From Nostoc sp. DedSLP01 (lineage in GTDB: Bacteria; Cyanobacteriota; Cyanobacteriia; Cyanobacteriales; Nostocaceae): DNA of 17,537 bases. Of the stretch, positions 1-8,911 are shown piece by piece. The notes under the pieces are model-generated. The model ran no database searches and had not been told where the DNA came from. It saw only the letters and a list, made by a program, of their open reading frames with translations. A program made the position numbers and the translations under genes. Within the stretch, counting starts at the first letter, position 1. Each line of letters opens with the position of its first letter. The stretch spans positions 1-17,537 of the forward strand of contig JAVRCJ020000073.1 of assembly GCA_034530875.2 (NCBI GenBank). Reading direction: 5' to 3'.

Positions 1-76
<76 letters not shown>

Positions 77-214
77 GTTGTGTTTTGAGTTTGTTTTCCG
101 AAAATGCTATTTCCGGAATCCTAGTTATAATTTTTGATTATCTTTAACTTTGAAATACCAAAGTTAGATTCTCTTGACGAGGATTGGTTATTTCTTAGCT
201 TTCAAAGTATTGTA

Positions 215-258
215 TTTTTAAGGTTCAGTTTGTGTTGGCGTTTTTCTCTCTCGCCTTC
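215..258 (-). promoter_or_regulatory. rrn leader antitermination elements: boxB-like hairpin and boxA
   Basis: Minus strand has a GGCG...CGCC hairpin with a purine-rich loop (about 237-255), followed by GAACCTTAAAAA (226-215), one base from the cyanobacterial boxA GAACCTTGAAAA. Further leader hairpins lie at about 96-118 and 145-166. Confidence 0.65.
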
Positions 259-268
259 ACACTTATCT

Positions 269-320
269 AGAGTAACTATTCTATTTGGGATTGTCAAGGG
301 GTAAGGCAAATTTTTTTTTC
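269..320 (-). promoter_or_regulatory. sigma70-type rRNA operon promoter with UP-like A tract
   Basis: Minus strand TTGACA (297-292), 17-nt spacer, TACTCT (274-269), with an A9 tract upstream (311-319). It lies about 190 nt upstream of the 16S 5' end. Confidence 0.8.
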
Positions 321-752
321 AATTGGTCAAATCGTTGTAGCAGCAGTACTTCCATCTCTATGGCTGAAGCAAGATACAGATAGTATTTTGGAATAACTGC
401 TAAGACTAGCTTTGTTTCCTGGTCGTCTTAAGAAAGTTGTAGATGAGAAAATGCAGTTGGAGTAGATTATTATTCACAGGCTGGGTACATTCTCTTGTCT
501 GAATTAAAGTCTGTGAGTAGAACAGTTATCTATACCAGCTTCAGCAACAAAGGATAAATATCCTACTCTAGACAAACCATACTCACTGACAATACTAACG
601 CCCAAGCTATAGATCTGCTCTACGATCGCCTTGCTGCCAATAATTGCCCGATTGTCGCTTCTTATAAGCTTTGATTGTTAATTGCTTAAAGCTGATGGCT
701 CAATGACGAACTGTAGAGCCAAAGCTTTAGATTATCCGTCGAAAGCAAATTA

Positions 753-1082
753 TTAGTTTTCGCTGCTTTTTGGTTTAGTAAACTGCTGTACTAATAATTG
801 CAGTGTCAAGGCCAACAAACCAATTGCTACTATGGCAAATATGCCGCTTCCTAAAGCAACTACACCCACAACTAAGGTGCGAACAGCAGAGGTAATTTTT
901 ATTACCAATGGATTAATTGAATGCACAGGTTTGTTAGCAAAGCTTGTGGCGATCGCAATCATCAATGAATATAGTGCAAATGCCATTCCTCCAGAAATTA
1001 CAGCCCCAGCTATAGAACGTAAGGGACTCACTGCCATCTGTACTTGAGGATCTGTTTTTGGAGTTAGATTTTGGTCACTCAT
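753..1082 (-). CDS. DUF3082-family small membrane protein (cyanobacteria/plastid conserved)
   Basis: 109-aa ORF with two hydrophobic segments and a SAVRTLVVG motif. It follows ispE, the usual cyanobacterial position. Confidence 0.8.
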   Translation of the reverse strand: MSDQNLTPKTDPQVQMAVSPLRSIAGAVISGGMAFALYSLMIAIATSFANKPVHSINPLVIKITSAVRTLVVGVVALGSGIFAIVAIGLLALTLQLLVQQFTKPKSSEN

Positions 1083-1131
1083 AGAATTTTCGATATTGAT
1101 TGGGTATTGGGCATAGGATATTGGAAGGACT

Positions 1132-1157
1132 GAGTTAGGAGTGAGGAGTTAGGAGTT
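1132..1157. repeat. Heptameric short tandem repeat (AGGAGTT/AGGAGTG), STRR type
   Basis: GAGTT-AGGAGTG-AGGAGTT-AGGAGTT between ispE and the DUF3082 gene. Confidence 0.75.
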
Positions 1158-1204
1158 AAAAATTATTCTCTTTCCCTTTGCATCTCCACTACTCCCCATT
1201 TTTA

Positions 1205-2158
1205 TTAAACTGAAGATGCTACCTGAATACCATGTGCGATCGTTCGAGTCACAAATATTTCTAAGTCTTCATCAGAAATTGTTTCTCTTACCTGCTGCTT
1301 GACTTGTTCTGCCTGCTGTTCAGAGTTAAAAAGAGCAAATACTGTCGGTCCAGAACCAGACATCATTGTTCCTAAAACACCTTGTTGATTCGCAAAGAGT
1401 TCTCTGAGTTGTAATACTTGGGGATAGGCTGGTAATACTACACGCTCTAAATCATTGTGCAATTTTTGGGCAATTTTTTTCGGGTTTTTCTCGGCGATCG
1501 CTTTTACTATTTCTCCTGAGTGGACTGCACTAGCACGCGCTACTAAGTCGTTGGTATCTCTGATATAAGAATTACCAAACTCCTGGCGATAGGTTTTGTA
1601 TGCCCAAGCGGTAGAAACTTCTAGGCTGCGATATTTTGCCAATACTATATATATGTTCTCCAAACTTGGTAAGGGAGAAAGTTGTTCGCCTCTACCTGTG
1701 GCGATCGCTGTGCCACCCGATACACAAAACGGCACATCTGAACCGAGTATAGCTCCTAATTCTTCTAATTCTGACTGAGTTAGTCCTAATTTCCAAAGTA
1801 AATCTATTCCTACTAAAACAGCTGCGGCATTTGTGGAACCTCCGGCTAGACCAGCAGCTACAGGAATTTGTTTGTTGATAGTAATCTCTACACCGCCATG
1901 TTTAGCAAAGGCTTCAGGAAATTGCCTCGCCATGAGTTCTGCTGTTTTGTATACCAGATTGCTTTTATCTTTAGGTACTTGCGGGTGGTTGCAGTGAACC
2001 CGAATAGTTTCATCTCTGATAGAACGGACATCAATTTGGTCTGCAAGACCAATACTTTGGAGTATCATGGCTAACTCATGATAACCATCAGGGCGATCGC
2101 CAATGATTTCCAAATACAAGTTGATTTTAGCAGGGGCAATTAAGCTGTAGGAATGCAT
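1205..2158 (-). CDS. ispE: 4-diphosphocytidyl-2-C-methyl-D-erythritol kinase (GHMP family)
   Basis: Motifs APAKINLYL, DGYHEL, IPVAAGLAGGSTNAAA, LGSDVPF and MSGSGPT. The start is set at ATG 2158 (MHSYSL) because the upstream extension in the ORF track is translated repeat DNA. Confidence 0.97.
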   Translation of the reverse strand: MHSYSLIAPAKINLYLEIIGDRPDGYHELAMILQSIGLADQIDVRSIRDETIRVHCNHPQVPKDKSNLVYKTAELMARQFPEAFAKHGGVEITINKQIPVAAGLAGGSTNAAAVLVGIDLLWKLGLTQSELEELGAILGSDVPFCVSGGTAIATGRGEQLSPLPSLENIYIVLAKYRSLEVSTAWAYKTYRQEFGNSYIRDTNDLVARASAVHSGEIVKAIAEKNPKKIAQKLHNDLERVVLPAYPQVLQLRELFANQQGVLGTMMSGSGPTVFALFNSEQQAEQVKQQVRETISDEDLEIFVTRTIAHGIQVASSV

Positions 2159-2162
2159 TTTC

Positions 2163-2228
2163 GGGGAGTGGGGTGTGGGGAGTGGGGTGTGGGGAGTGGC
2201 GAGTGGGGCATTGGGCATTGGGCATTGG
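2163..2228. repeat. STRR heptamer array (GGGGAGT/GGGGTGT type x6, then GGGCATT x3)
   Basis: Tandem 7-mers visible directly upstream of the ispE start codon. Confidence 0.9.
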
Positions 2229-2265
2229 TTATTAATGATTTTCCTGTGCCTTCCTTACCTACTTC

Positions 2266-3090
2266 CTATTCCCTATTCCCCACTCCTAATTCATTTGCCA
2301 GAGTTACCCATTGCTGAATGCTGAGGTCTTCGGCTCTGGCTTGGGGATTTATTTTTAATTGTTCCAGTAATTGGGTCAGGCGATCGCGTTCTACGACTGA
2401 TTGCAAATTATTTCGTAACATTTTGCGCTTGGCAGCAAATCCCAATTTAATCAAATTATCAAATCGTTTTAGGTCAAGTGCTGGTATTTCTATTTTTCTC
2501 GGGCGCAAGCGAACGACTGCTGAATCGACTTTTGGCGGTGGATGAAATGCGGCGGCTGGGACTGGGCAAATTAATTCGCACTCAGCCAAATATTGTACCC
2601 GCACGCTCAAGCCTCCAAAGGCTTTTGACCCGGCTTCAGCGTACAATCTTTCTGCTACTTCTTTTTGTACTAGCAGCACTATTGATTCAAATGGTTCGGG
2701 GTTGGGGTTAGCGATAGTACCCAGTAGTTTTTCAATTATTGGCCCTGTAATGTTGTAGGGAATATTAGCTACTACTTTATTTTGGTTTTGGAAGTTAGGA
2801 AATCCGACCAAGTTGGATGGTAAATCTAAGGTGAGAAAATCTCCTTGCAGGAGGAGAAAGTTTTCTTTTTTACCTAGTTGCTTGGCTAAGAGTTCGCATA
2901 AGTCGCGGTCTATTTCAACTGCAAGTAGAGATTGTACTAAAGGTAGTAAACGACGAGTTAGAATACCTGTTCCAGGGCCGATTTCCAGAATGCGATCGCT
3001 TTCTTTACACTCTGCGGCTTTAATAATTGCGTCGAGTGCTTTTTCACTTTTGAGCCAATGCTGAGCAAAGACCTTGCGCGGTCGGATCAT
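2266..3090 (-). CDS. rsmA: 16S rRNA m6,2A1518/A1519 dimethyltransferase (KsgA)
   Basis: Motifs RKVFAQHWL, SAM-binding LEIGPGTG, VVANIPYNIT, QKEVAERL, FHPPPKVDSAVV and RAEDLS. Confidence 0.97.
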   Translation of the reverse strand: MIRPRKVFAQHWLKSEKALDAIIKAAECKESDRILEIGPGTGILTRRLLPLVQSLLAVEIDRDLCELLAKQLGKKENFLLLQGDFLTLDLPSNLVGFPNFQNQNKVVANIPYNITGPIIEKLLGTIANPNPEPFESIVLLVQKEVAERLYAEAGSKAFGGLSVRVQYLAECELICPVPAAAFHPPPKVDSAVVRLRPRKIEIPALDLKRFDNLIKLGFAAKRKMLRNNLQSVVERDRLTQLLEQLKINPQARAEDLSIQQWVTLANELGVGNRE

Positions 3091-3175
3091 TTATATTTAT
3101 TACCTGTATGGACTATGAGACTTATTAGATCTGCATCCTAGCTCTTTTTGTTGTCCTCTCAGTCACAAAAGACTA

Positions 3176-4306
3176 TTAATTACTTAATAATGCTAAACAA
3201 TCGGTTTCTGCCCACCAAACATAAATTGGTGTATCGCAGTCTGGTAAACTTCCAAAAGTATTTGGCTGTAATACATTAATTCTGATGTTATTTGCTAATT
3301 CCACTATGTAATTAACGTGTGTGCCTAAATACATCAAATTAATCAGCCGTCCTTCAAAACAGTTGGTTGGCAAATTGGGTGGATAAAGTGAAAGCTGGAT
3401 TTTTTCTGGGCGTACACTTACAACCACTGTTTGTGATAATTCAGTTGGTGTATCTTCGACACGAGCGACAATAATTGAGAGTCCTGTTTTTGTGAAAATT
3501 TCTACATCAGATGAGTTGACTGCCCGGATTTGACCAGTAAATAAATTAGTATCGCCAATAAAATCTGCGACAAAAGATGTTTGAGGACGTTCGTAGATTT
3601 GGCTGGGAGTTCCAATTTGCTCTATTTTGCCTTGGTTCATAACAGCAATGCGATCGCTTAAGGAAAGTGCTTCTTCTTGGTCGTGTGTTACCATCACAAA
3701 CGTCCATCCCAAGTCTTTATGTAAATTGGATAACTCAACTTGCATTTCCTTACGCAACTTTAAATCTAACGCTCCTAGAGGTTCATCTAATAGTAAGACA
3801 GCGGGGCGGTTGACTAAAGCCCTAGCCAAAGCAACACGTTGCTGTTGACCGCCAGAAAGTTGATTGGGAAAACGCGATCGCAAGCTTTCCATTTTCACGA
3901 GTTTTAAAGCTTCTTGGACTCTACTTTCAATTTCTGGCCTGCGTAATTTTTGTAACCGCAGTCCGAAGGCGATGTTGTCCCACACATTTAAGTGGTTAAA
4001 TAAAGCGTAACTTTGAAATACAGTATTGACGGGTCGGCGGTAAGGAGGCACATTAGTCATGGACTGGCCCTGAATCAAAACTTTGCCAGCGTCAGCTATT
4101 TCAAACCCAGCTATTAAGCGTAATGTTGTTGTTTTACCGCAACCGGAGGGACCTAAAATACTAAAAAATTCCCCCTGCTTGACATCCAAATCTATTCCGT
4201 GTACTGCTGGTTCTTGGTTAAAAAACTTGAACACGTTACGCAGTTCAACGTCTAGTGGGTGAAAAGTTGCGATCCCCCTCTGATTCTGCATCACAGTTTG
4301 AGCCAT
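3176..4306 (-). CDS. potA: Spermidine/putrescine-type ABC transporter ATP-binding subunit
   Basis: Walker [54 protein letters not shown] and a C-terminal TOBE-like region. Confidence 0.88.
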   Translation of the reverse strand: MAQTVMQNQRGIATFHPLDVELRNVFKFFNQEPAVHGIDLDVKQGEFFSILGPSGCGKTTTLRLIAGFEIADAGKVLIQGQSMTNVPPYRRPVNTVFQSYALFNHLNVWDNIAFGLRLQKLRRPEIESRVQEALKLVKMESLRSRFPNQLSGGQQQRVALARALVNRPAVLLLDEPLGALDLKLRKEMQVELSNLHKDLGWTFVMVTHDQEEALSLSDRIAVMNQGKIEQIGTPSQIYERPQTSFVADFIGDTNLFTGQIRAVNSSDVEIFTKTGLSIIVARVEDTPTELSQTVVVSVRPEKIQLSLYPPNLPTNCFEGRLINLMYLGTHVNYIVELANNIRINVLQPNTFGSLPDCDTPIYVWWAETDCLALLSN

Positions 4307-4372
4307 AATCCTCAGTAGAATGCCGTGATTTTACCTGATTTTGCCAATTTATCTAGTGTTTTGGGCAGACTA

Positions 4373-4396
4373 GTAGAGACACGATGAATCGCGTCT
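4373..4396. repeat. Degenerate GTAG-initiated REP-like/small dispersed palindromic repeat
   Basis: GTAGAGACACGATGAATCGCGTCT has imperfect arms AGACACGAT/ATCGCGTCT. It shares the GTAGAGAC head with the element at 10577. Confidence 0.65.
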
Positions 4397-4530
4397 TTAA
4401 TTTGACACTTTGGTTTATTGTATCCGCCAAAAACAATTGTTCAGGAATATACTCGCCCAATTCTTTAATACCCAGTAGTGGCTATCTTAATATCTACAGA
4501 GAATCTTAATATTCAAGTACTTTTTGTTTT

Positions 4531-6384
4531 ATGACTTTCTTCAAACCATATTCATTTGGCGACAAAAAAAATACACGTACAGTGGGACGTGGTTCGCAGG
4601 CAATATTTTTAATCGTATTTACTTTGTTGATGATGGCGGGAATCGGCACTCGCTTGGCATACTTGCAAATTGTTGAGGGAGCAAATCACCGCAAGCGAGC
4701 AGAAGCCAATCGAATTCGGATGATTCCCAAACAACCGGAGCGCGGTAATATTTTTGACCGCAAGGGCAAACTTTTAGCCAGCACTCGCTATCCTCGTTCT
4801 GTATATCTGTGGCCGATGGCACATACTAAACCTTCATGGCCGGTTGTAGCTCCGCGTCTATCTCAAGTTCTCGGCGTTTCGCAAGAAGAGATGGAAAAGA
4901 AACTAGAAGAGGCTGGCGCAAACTCTTCTTCATTGATTCGGATTGCTCGCGATTTGAATGAAGCACAGATTACGGCGTTAAAAGAGTATGAAAGCGAACT
5001 CAAAGATGTAGAGATTTCTACAGAAGCTGTTCGTTACTATCCGCATGGTAAAGGATTAGCACATGTATTAGGCTATACGCGAGAACTAACGCCCGACCAG
5101 TTAAAAGAGAAGAAGCAGGAAGGCTACAGATTAGGTGATGTCATCGGTCAAATGGGAGTTGAAAAGGCTTATGAAAAAATGCTGCGGGGTGAATGGGGGG
5201 GTCAACAGGTAGAAGTAGATGGTGCAGGTCGGCCGCTGCGGGTTTTGGGTGAAAAAGAAGCTAAAGCTGGTAATGATTTGCACTTGACTATAGATTTAGA
5301 GGTGCAAAAGGCAGCAGAAAAAGCTTTAGGCAATCGCAATGGAGCGATCGTGGCATTAGATCCTAATAATGGTGCGGTTTTAGCAATGGTGTCTCACCCC
5401 ACCTTTGACCCGAATATTTTCTCCAAACAAAAACTCTCCCAAAAAGATTGGGAAAGCGTCCAAGGTAAAGGGCATCCCTTAGTAAATCGCGCTCTGAGCG
5501 CCTTTCCCCCCGCTAGTACCTATAAAATTATTACTACAACAGCTGGCTTGGAATCAGGCAAATTTTCTCCTGACACAGTATTACAAACCTTCGGTTCTCT
5601 GACTATTGGTGGGGTGACCTTTGGCGAATGGAACCACGCAGGATTCGGCCCCTTGGGATTTCCCAGAGCAATGGCTATGAGTAGCGATACTTTCTTCTAT
5701 CAAATTGGCAGAAAAGTCGGCGGCCCGAGTTTAATCGAATGGAGTCGCAAATACGGATTCGGTCAAAAAACTGGTATTGAGTTTCCCAATGAAGAATCAA
5801 AAGGCTTAGTTCCAGATGAAATATGGAAGCAGAAAGTTTTCAAGATGCCTTGGACTATAGGTGACACCATTAATATGTCAATTGGTCAAGGCGCTTTACA
5901 GGTGACACCCCTGCAATCAGCAATTATGTTTTCTGTTCCTGCTAATGGTGGCTATCGAGTTCAACCGCATTTACTCAAAGACAACGAAGAAGCAAAAAGC
6001 TGGCGAGAGTCTTTAAATATGAAGCAGGAAACCATCAAAGTTCTTCGTGACGGACTGCGAAAGGTAATAAGTGAGGGTACAGGTAAGCGCTTAGATGTGC
6101 CTACAATTCCCCAATCCTCTGGCAAGAGTGGTACTGCTGAAGCTGGTGTTGGTCGTCCGAATCATACTTGGTTTGGTGCTTATGCTCCCAGTAATAAACC
6201 GGAAATTGTCGTTGTAGCGTTTGGTGAAAACTCTGGGGATCATGGCGGTACTGTTTGCGGGCCGATGGTTTTACAAGTGCTGGAAGCTTATTTTCAGCAT
6301 CAATATCCAGGTAAGTATCAAAAACCCCAGTCTGAGGAATTAGAAGCGAAAAATCACAATTCTGGACGTAGTACTGGGGACTAG
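4531..6384 (+). CDS. mrdA: Penicillin-binding protein 2 (class B transpeptidase)
   Basis: N-terminal TM anchor, RGNIFDRKG, RYYPHG, GQMGVEKAYE and catalytic motifs SxxK (PPASTYK), SxD (SSDTFFY) and KSGT. Confidence 0.95.
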   Translation: MTFFKPYSFGDKKNTRTVGRGSQAIFLIVFTLLMMAGIGTRLAYLQIVEGANHRKRAEANRIRMIPKQPERGNIFDRKGKLLASTRYPRSVYLWPMAHTKPSWPVVAPRLSQVLGVSQEEMEKKLEEAGANSSSLIRIARDLNEAQITALKEYESELKDVEISTEAVRYYPHGKGLAHVLGYTRELTPDQLKEKKQEGYRLGDVIGQMGVEKAYEKMLRGEWGGQQVEVDGAGRPLRVLGEKEAKAGNDLHLTIDLEVQKAAEKALGNRNGAIVALDPNNGAVLAMVSHPTFDPNIFSKQKLSQKDWESVQGKGHPLVNRALSAFPPASTYKIITTTAGLESGKFSPDTVLQTFGSLTIGGVTFGEWNHAGFGPLGFPRAMAMSSDTFFYQIGRKVGGPSLIEWSRKYGFGQKTGIEFPNEESKGLVPDEIWKQKVFKMPWTIGDTINMSIGQGALQVTPLQSAIMFSVPANGGYRVQPHLLKDNEEAKSWRESLNMKQETIKVLRDGLRKVISEGTGKRLDVPTIPQSSGKSGTAEAGVGRPNHTWFGAYAPSNKPEIVVVAFGENSGDHGGTVCGPMVLQVLEAYFQHQYPGKYQKPQSEELEAKNHNSGRSTGD

Positions 6385-6420
6385 ATGTAGAACCAATACG
6401 GTTGAGTTGGGAAAAGGGTA

Positions 6421-6516
6421 ATACCATTTCACCTTAAAATTGATACATTTAGGGAAGCAGGGGAAGCAGGGGGAACAAGAATAATGATTTGTATCAATAA
6501 TTTTGTGAAATGGTAT
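6421..6516. mobile_element. MITE-like element with 27-bp imperfect terminal inverted repeats
   Basis: Left end ATACCATTTCAC-cttaaa-ATTGATACA; right end reverse complement ATACCATTTCAC-aaaatt-ATTGATACA. The interior carries GGGAAGCAG-type 9-mer repeats and no coding capacity. Confidence 0.65.
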
Positions 6517-6597
6517 AAGACGGAGAGAGGAAAGGTTTGAAATTAGACTTTTCCTCTTTCCCTTTAAACTCTGTTCCCTTGTTGTTGATTTAGTCAC

Positions 6598-6837
6598 TCA
6601 AGATTCAGAATTCTTATACGACTCTAAAATTCCACTGCGAATCATTAGTTGCGGCCAAATTAATACAAAAAATCCCATCCAGGTTGCTACAGGGATAGAG
6701 ATCAGAACTGTTAGCCAGAGCGTTTTAAATAGTAACCAGCTACCACCAATCAGGGTTAAGCCTGTGAGCAGTATAGACCAAGGCTGACACCACCAAGGTT
6801 TGTAATTCCAAGGATTTAAAGGTTTTTGTTCGGGCAT
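6598..6837 (-). CDS. Small membrane protein, DUF6737-like
   Basis: 79 aa from ATG 6837: MPEQKPLNPWNYKPWWCQPWSILLTG... The KPWWCQPWSI motif is typical of this cyanobacterial/plastid family, and there are two TM segments. Confidence 0.75.
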   Translation of the reverse strand: MPEQKPLNPWNYKPWWCQPWSILLTGLTLIGGSWLLFKTLWLTVLISIPVATWMGFFVLIWPQLMIRSGILESYKNSES

Positions 6838-7030
6838 TGCTTTGATTTGGCAAACGTGCAAATGTTCCTGGAACAAGTTTAAACGTTATAGTGCTTTTTT
6901 CTTTCCTAGTCTGCATATTGGGACAGGCAACAAATGTCCAAGTTACGATATACATTCCATATTCCCTGCTCCTAGTCCAAACTAGTATATTTGGCTGCAA
7001 CTGAAGTATTAAGTATAAGGTAGGAAAGCG

Positions 7031-8650
7031 TCAAGCTTTGTCATACTCTATTTGTCCGTAATCAAGTTTGATAATTCTGTCTGCTAAATGAAAATAGCGA
7101 TCGTCATGGCTAATTACCAGTACTGTTTTGCCACGCGATCGCAATTCTGGTAATAGTTGAGTATAAAATATTCCTTTGAATATTGGATCTTGATCCGCTG
7201 CCCACTCATCAAATAGATAAATTGGTCTATCTTCCAAGTATGCTGTGAGTAAAGCTAGGCGCTTGCGTTGTCCTTGAGAAAGAGCAGTCGTAGAAAGTTG
7301 TCCGTTTTCAACTTTTACTTTATGGTCTAATTGCAGTTGTTTGATATATTTTTTTGCTTGAGTATCTAAATTTGAATTTTTTAATCCTAAAAGTTCGTCG
7401 AATAAATAAAAGTCGGAGAACACCACAGAAAAATGCTGCCGATACCATTCACGATTTTCTTCAGTAATTAAATCGTCATCAAACCAAATTTCACCGTTAT
7501 CTGGAATGTAAAGTCCAGTAATTAGTTTCGCTAGAGTAGATTTGCCGCTACCATTACCGCCGACAATGAAGACTAATTCCTGAGGATATAGTGTTAAGTC
7601 AATAGGGCCAAATATAAAGCTATTGTCTTCTTGATTTGTATAGTAAGCGTGGGTAATATTTTTCAATTTTAAACTGTGCCATGAAGTTTTAATCGGAGGT
7701 GGAACAGTTGAGGCTTCAGAACGAGTGGCTAAAGATAAACCTAATGAATCTATTTTTTGTAAAGCAATGCTGGCTTTGCTTAATAGAGGAAGTTTACTGA
7801 TGATGTTATCCATTGGTAACACCAAATAAGTGAAAGTCAAAATGTACCCTGAGAGAGTTGTGGCATTCAGAGCAAGTAAATTAGGAAGCACGAATAATAC
7901 AAAACCGATCGCAAAAAAGAAAACGAGCTGACCCCAGCTAGAAGTTGTTGCAAAAAGGGTTAAGCCTTTAACATTATGATGGCGATATGCATTAGCAGTT
8001 CCTTGGAGTTTTTCTTCTAAAAAAACTTGACGCCGCTGATAATTAAGTTTGAGTTCCTTGACTCCTTCAGTAATGGTGCGAAAGTGTTTAAATAGCCGGT
8101 CTTCATCATCACGAGCCAAAGCTAAAGATTTTCTGCCTTCAGTTAATAGCCACTGACAACTGGCGATCGCTACTATGGAAATAGCACAAACCATCACCAA
8201 TACTAACCAAGACAGCCAAGTTATATATGCTATACAACCGACAACGGTTGCTAAATTAATAAACAAAAAAGGCATCTGATAAACAGCATTAGCAACTGCT
8301 TGAATATCCTCAGTTAAAGTTGCTAATAGTCGCGGATTTCCCAAATCTTCTAAATGACTTAATTCAGAACCAAGAATTCGCCTACTCAAATGCATTCGCA
8401 ACTTTAAAACTGCACTCTGAGAAAGGCGAATCAGCATCACTTGGGAAATAATACTCGTAATCAATGCCACAATTGCCAGCCCTACAAAACCCCAAGCTAT
8501 CGATGTAATACGAGAAGTACTACCGCTACTAGCAGCACGGCTAATTAAAGCAATCAAGCCAGCACTACTACCGCCACTTAAGAATCCAGTAACGATCGCG
8601 ATCGCCACCATACCCCAAGCAGAACGTAAAACAAAGTAAATCAAACTCAT
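7031..8650 (-). CDS. Cyclic-peptide export ABC transporter (SyrD/YojI/PvdE family), fused TMD-NBD
   Basis: Multi-TM N-terminal domain, GGNGSGKST, LSQGQRKRLAL and the family hallmark FDEWAADQDP. Confidence 0.92.
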   Translation of the reverse strand: MSLIYFVLRSAWGMVAIAIVTGFLSGGSSAGLIALISRAASSGSTSRITSIAWGFVGLAIVALITSIISQVMLIRLSQSAVLKLRMHLSRRILGSELSHLEDLGNPRLLATLTEDIQAVANAVYQMPFLFINLATVVGCIAYITWLSWLVLVMVCAISIVAIASCQWLLTEGRKSLALARDDEDRLFKHFRTITEGVKELKLNYQRRQVFLEEKLQGTANAYRHHNVKGLTLFATTSSWGQLVFFFAIGFVLFVLPNLLALNATTLSGYILTFTYLVLPMDNIISKLPLLSKASIALQKIDSLGLSLATRSEASTVPPPIKTSWHSLKLKNITHAYYTNQEDNSFIFGPIDLTLYPQELVFIVGGNGSGKSTLAKLITGLYIPDNGEIWFDDDLITEENREWYRQHFSVVFSDFYLFDELLGLKNSNLDTQAKKYIKQLQLDHKVKVENGQLSTTALSQGQRKRLALLTAYLEDRPIYLFDEWAADQDPIFKGIFYTQLLPELRSRGKTVLVISHDDRYFHLADRIIKLDYGQIEYDKA

Positions 8651-8673
8651 GATAGATGCCTATGAGCCATGTT

Positions 8674-8782
8674 TAGGGACTGGTGACTGGTGACTAGGGA
8701 CTGATGACTAGGAATTCGCAAAAAATTAATTTATATCTAATACCCAATCCCCAGTACCCAATCCCCAATCCCCAATGCCCTA
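8674..8782. repeat. Two oppositely oriented STRR heptamer blocks
   Basis: TAGGGAC/TGGTGAC type x5 (8674-8712) and CCAATCC/CCAGTAC type x6 (8737-8782), separated by an AT-rich spacer. Confidence 0.88.
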
Positions 8783-8911
8783 TTTTCAAGTAAGTTTTAT
8801 ATCTTACAATTAAAAACTTCTGAAAGAACGCGGTAAGCTAGTTGGAATTAAAGCCGATCGTGTCAGTAGATTGTTAAATTAGCTGCTCAGTTTTCCGGGG
8901 TGAAATTTGCA

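Noticed and set aside
321..752. Hidden gene or RNA between the rrn promoter and the DUF3082 gene
   Set aside because: I found no convincing ORF, tRNA fold or repeat structure.
1141..1149. ACTCCTCAC in the DUF3082 upstream region (minus) as a Yfr2 target site
   Set aside because: It arises from a common heptamer repeat, so a chance match is likely and there is no independent support.
2159..2218. 20-aa N-terminal extension of IspE
   Set aside because: It is translated STRR DNA. The family-typical start lies just before the APAKINL motif, at 2158.
8790..8807. NtcA site upstream of hpnP
   Set aside because: The spacing is GTA-N12-TAC, not GTA-N8-TAC.
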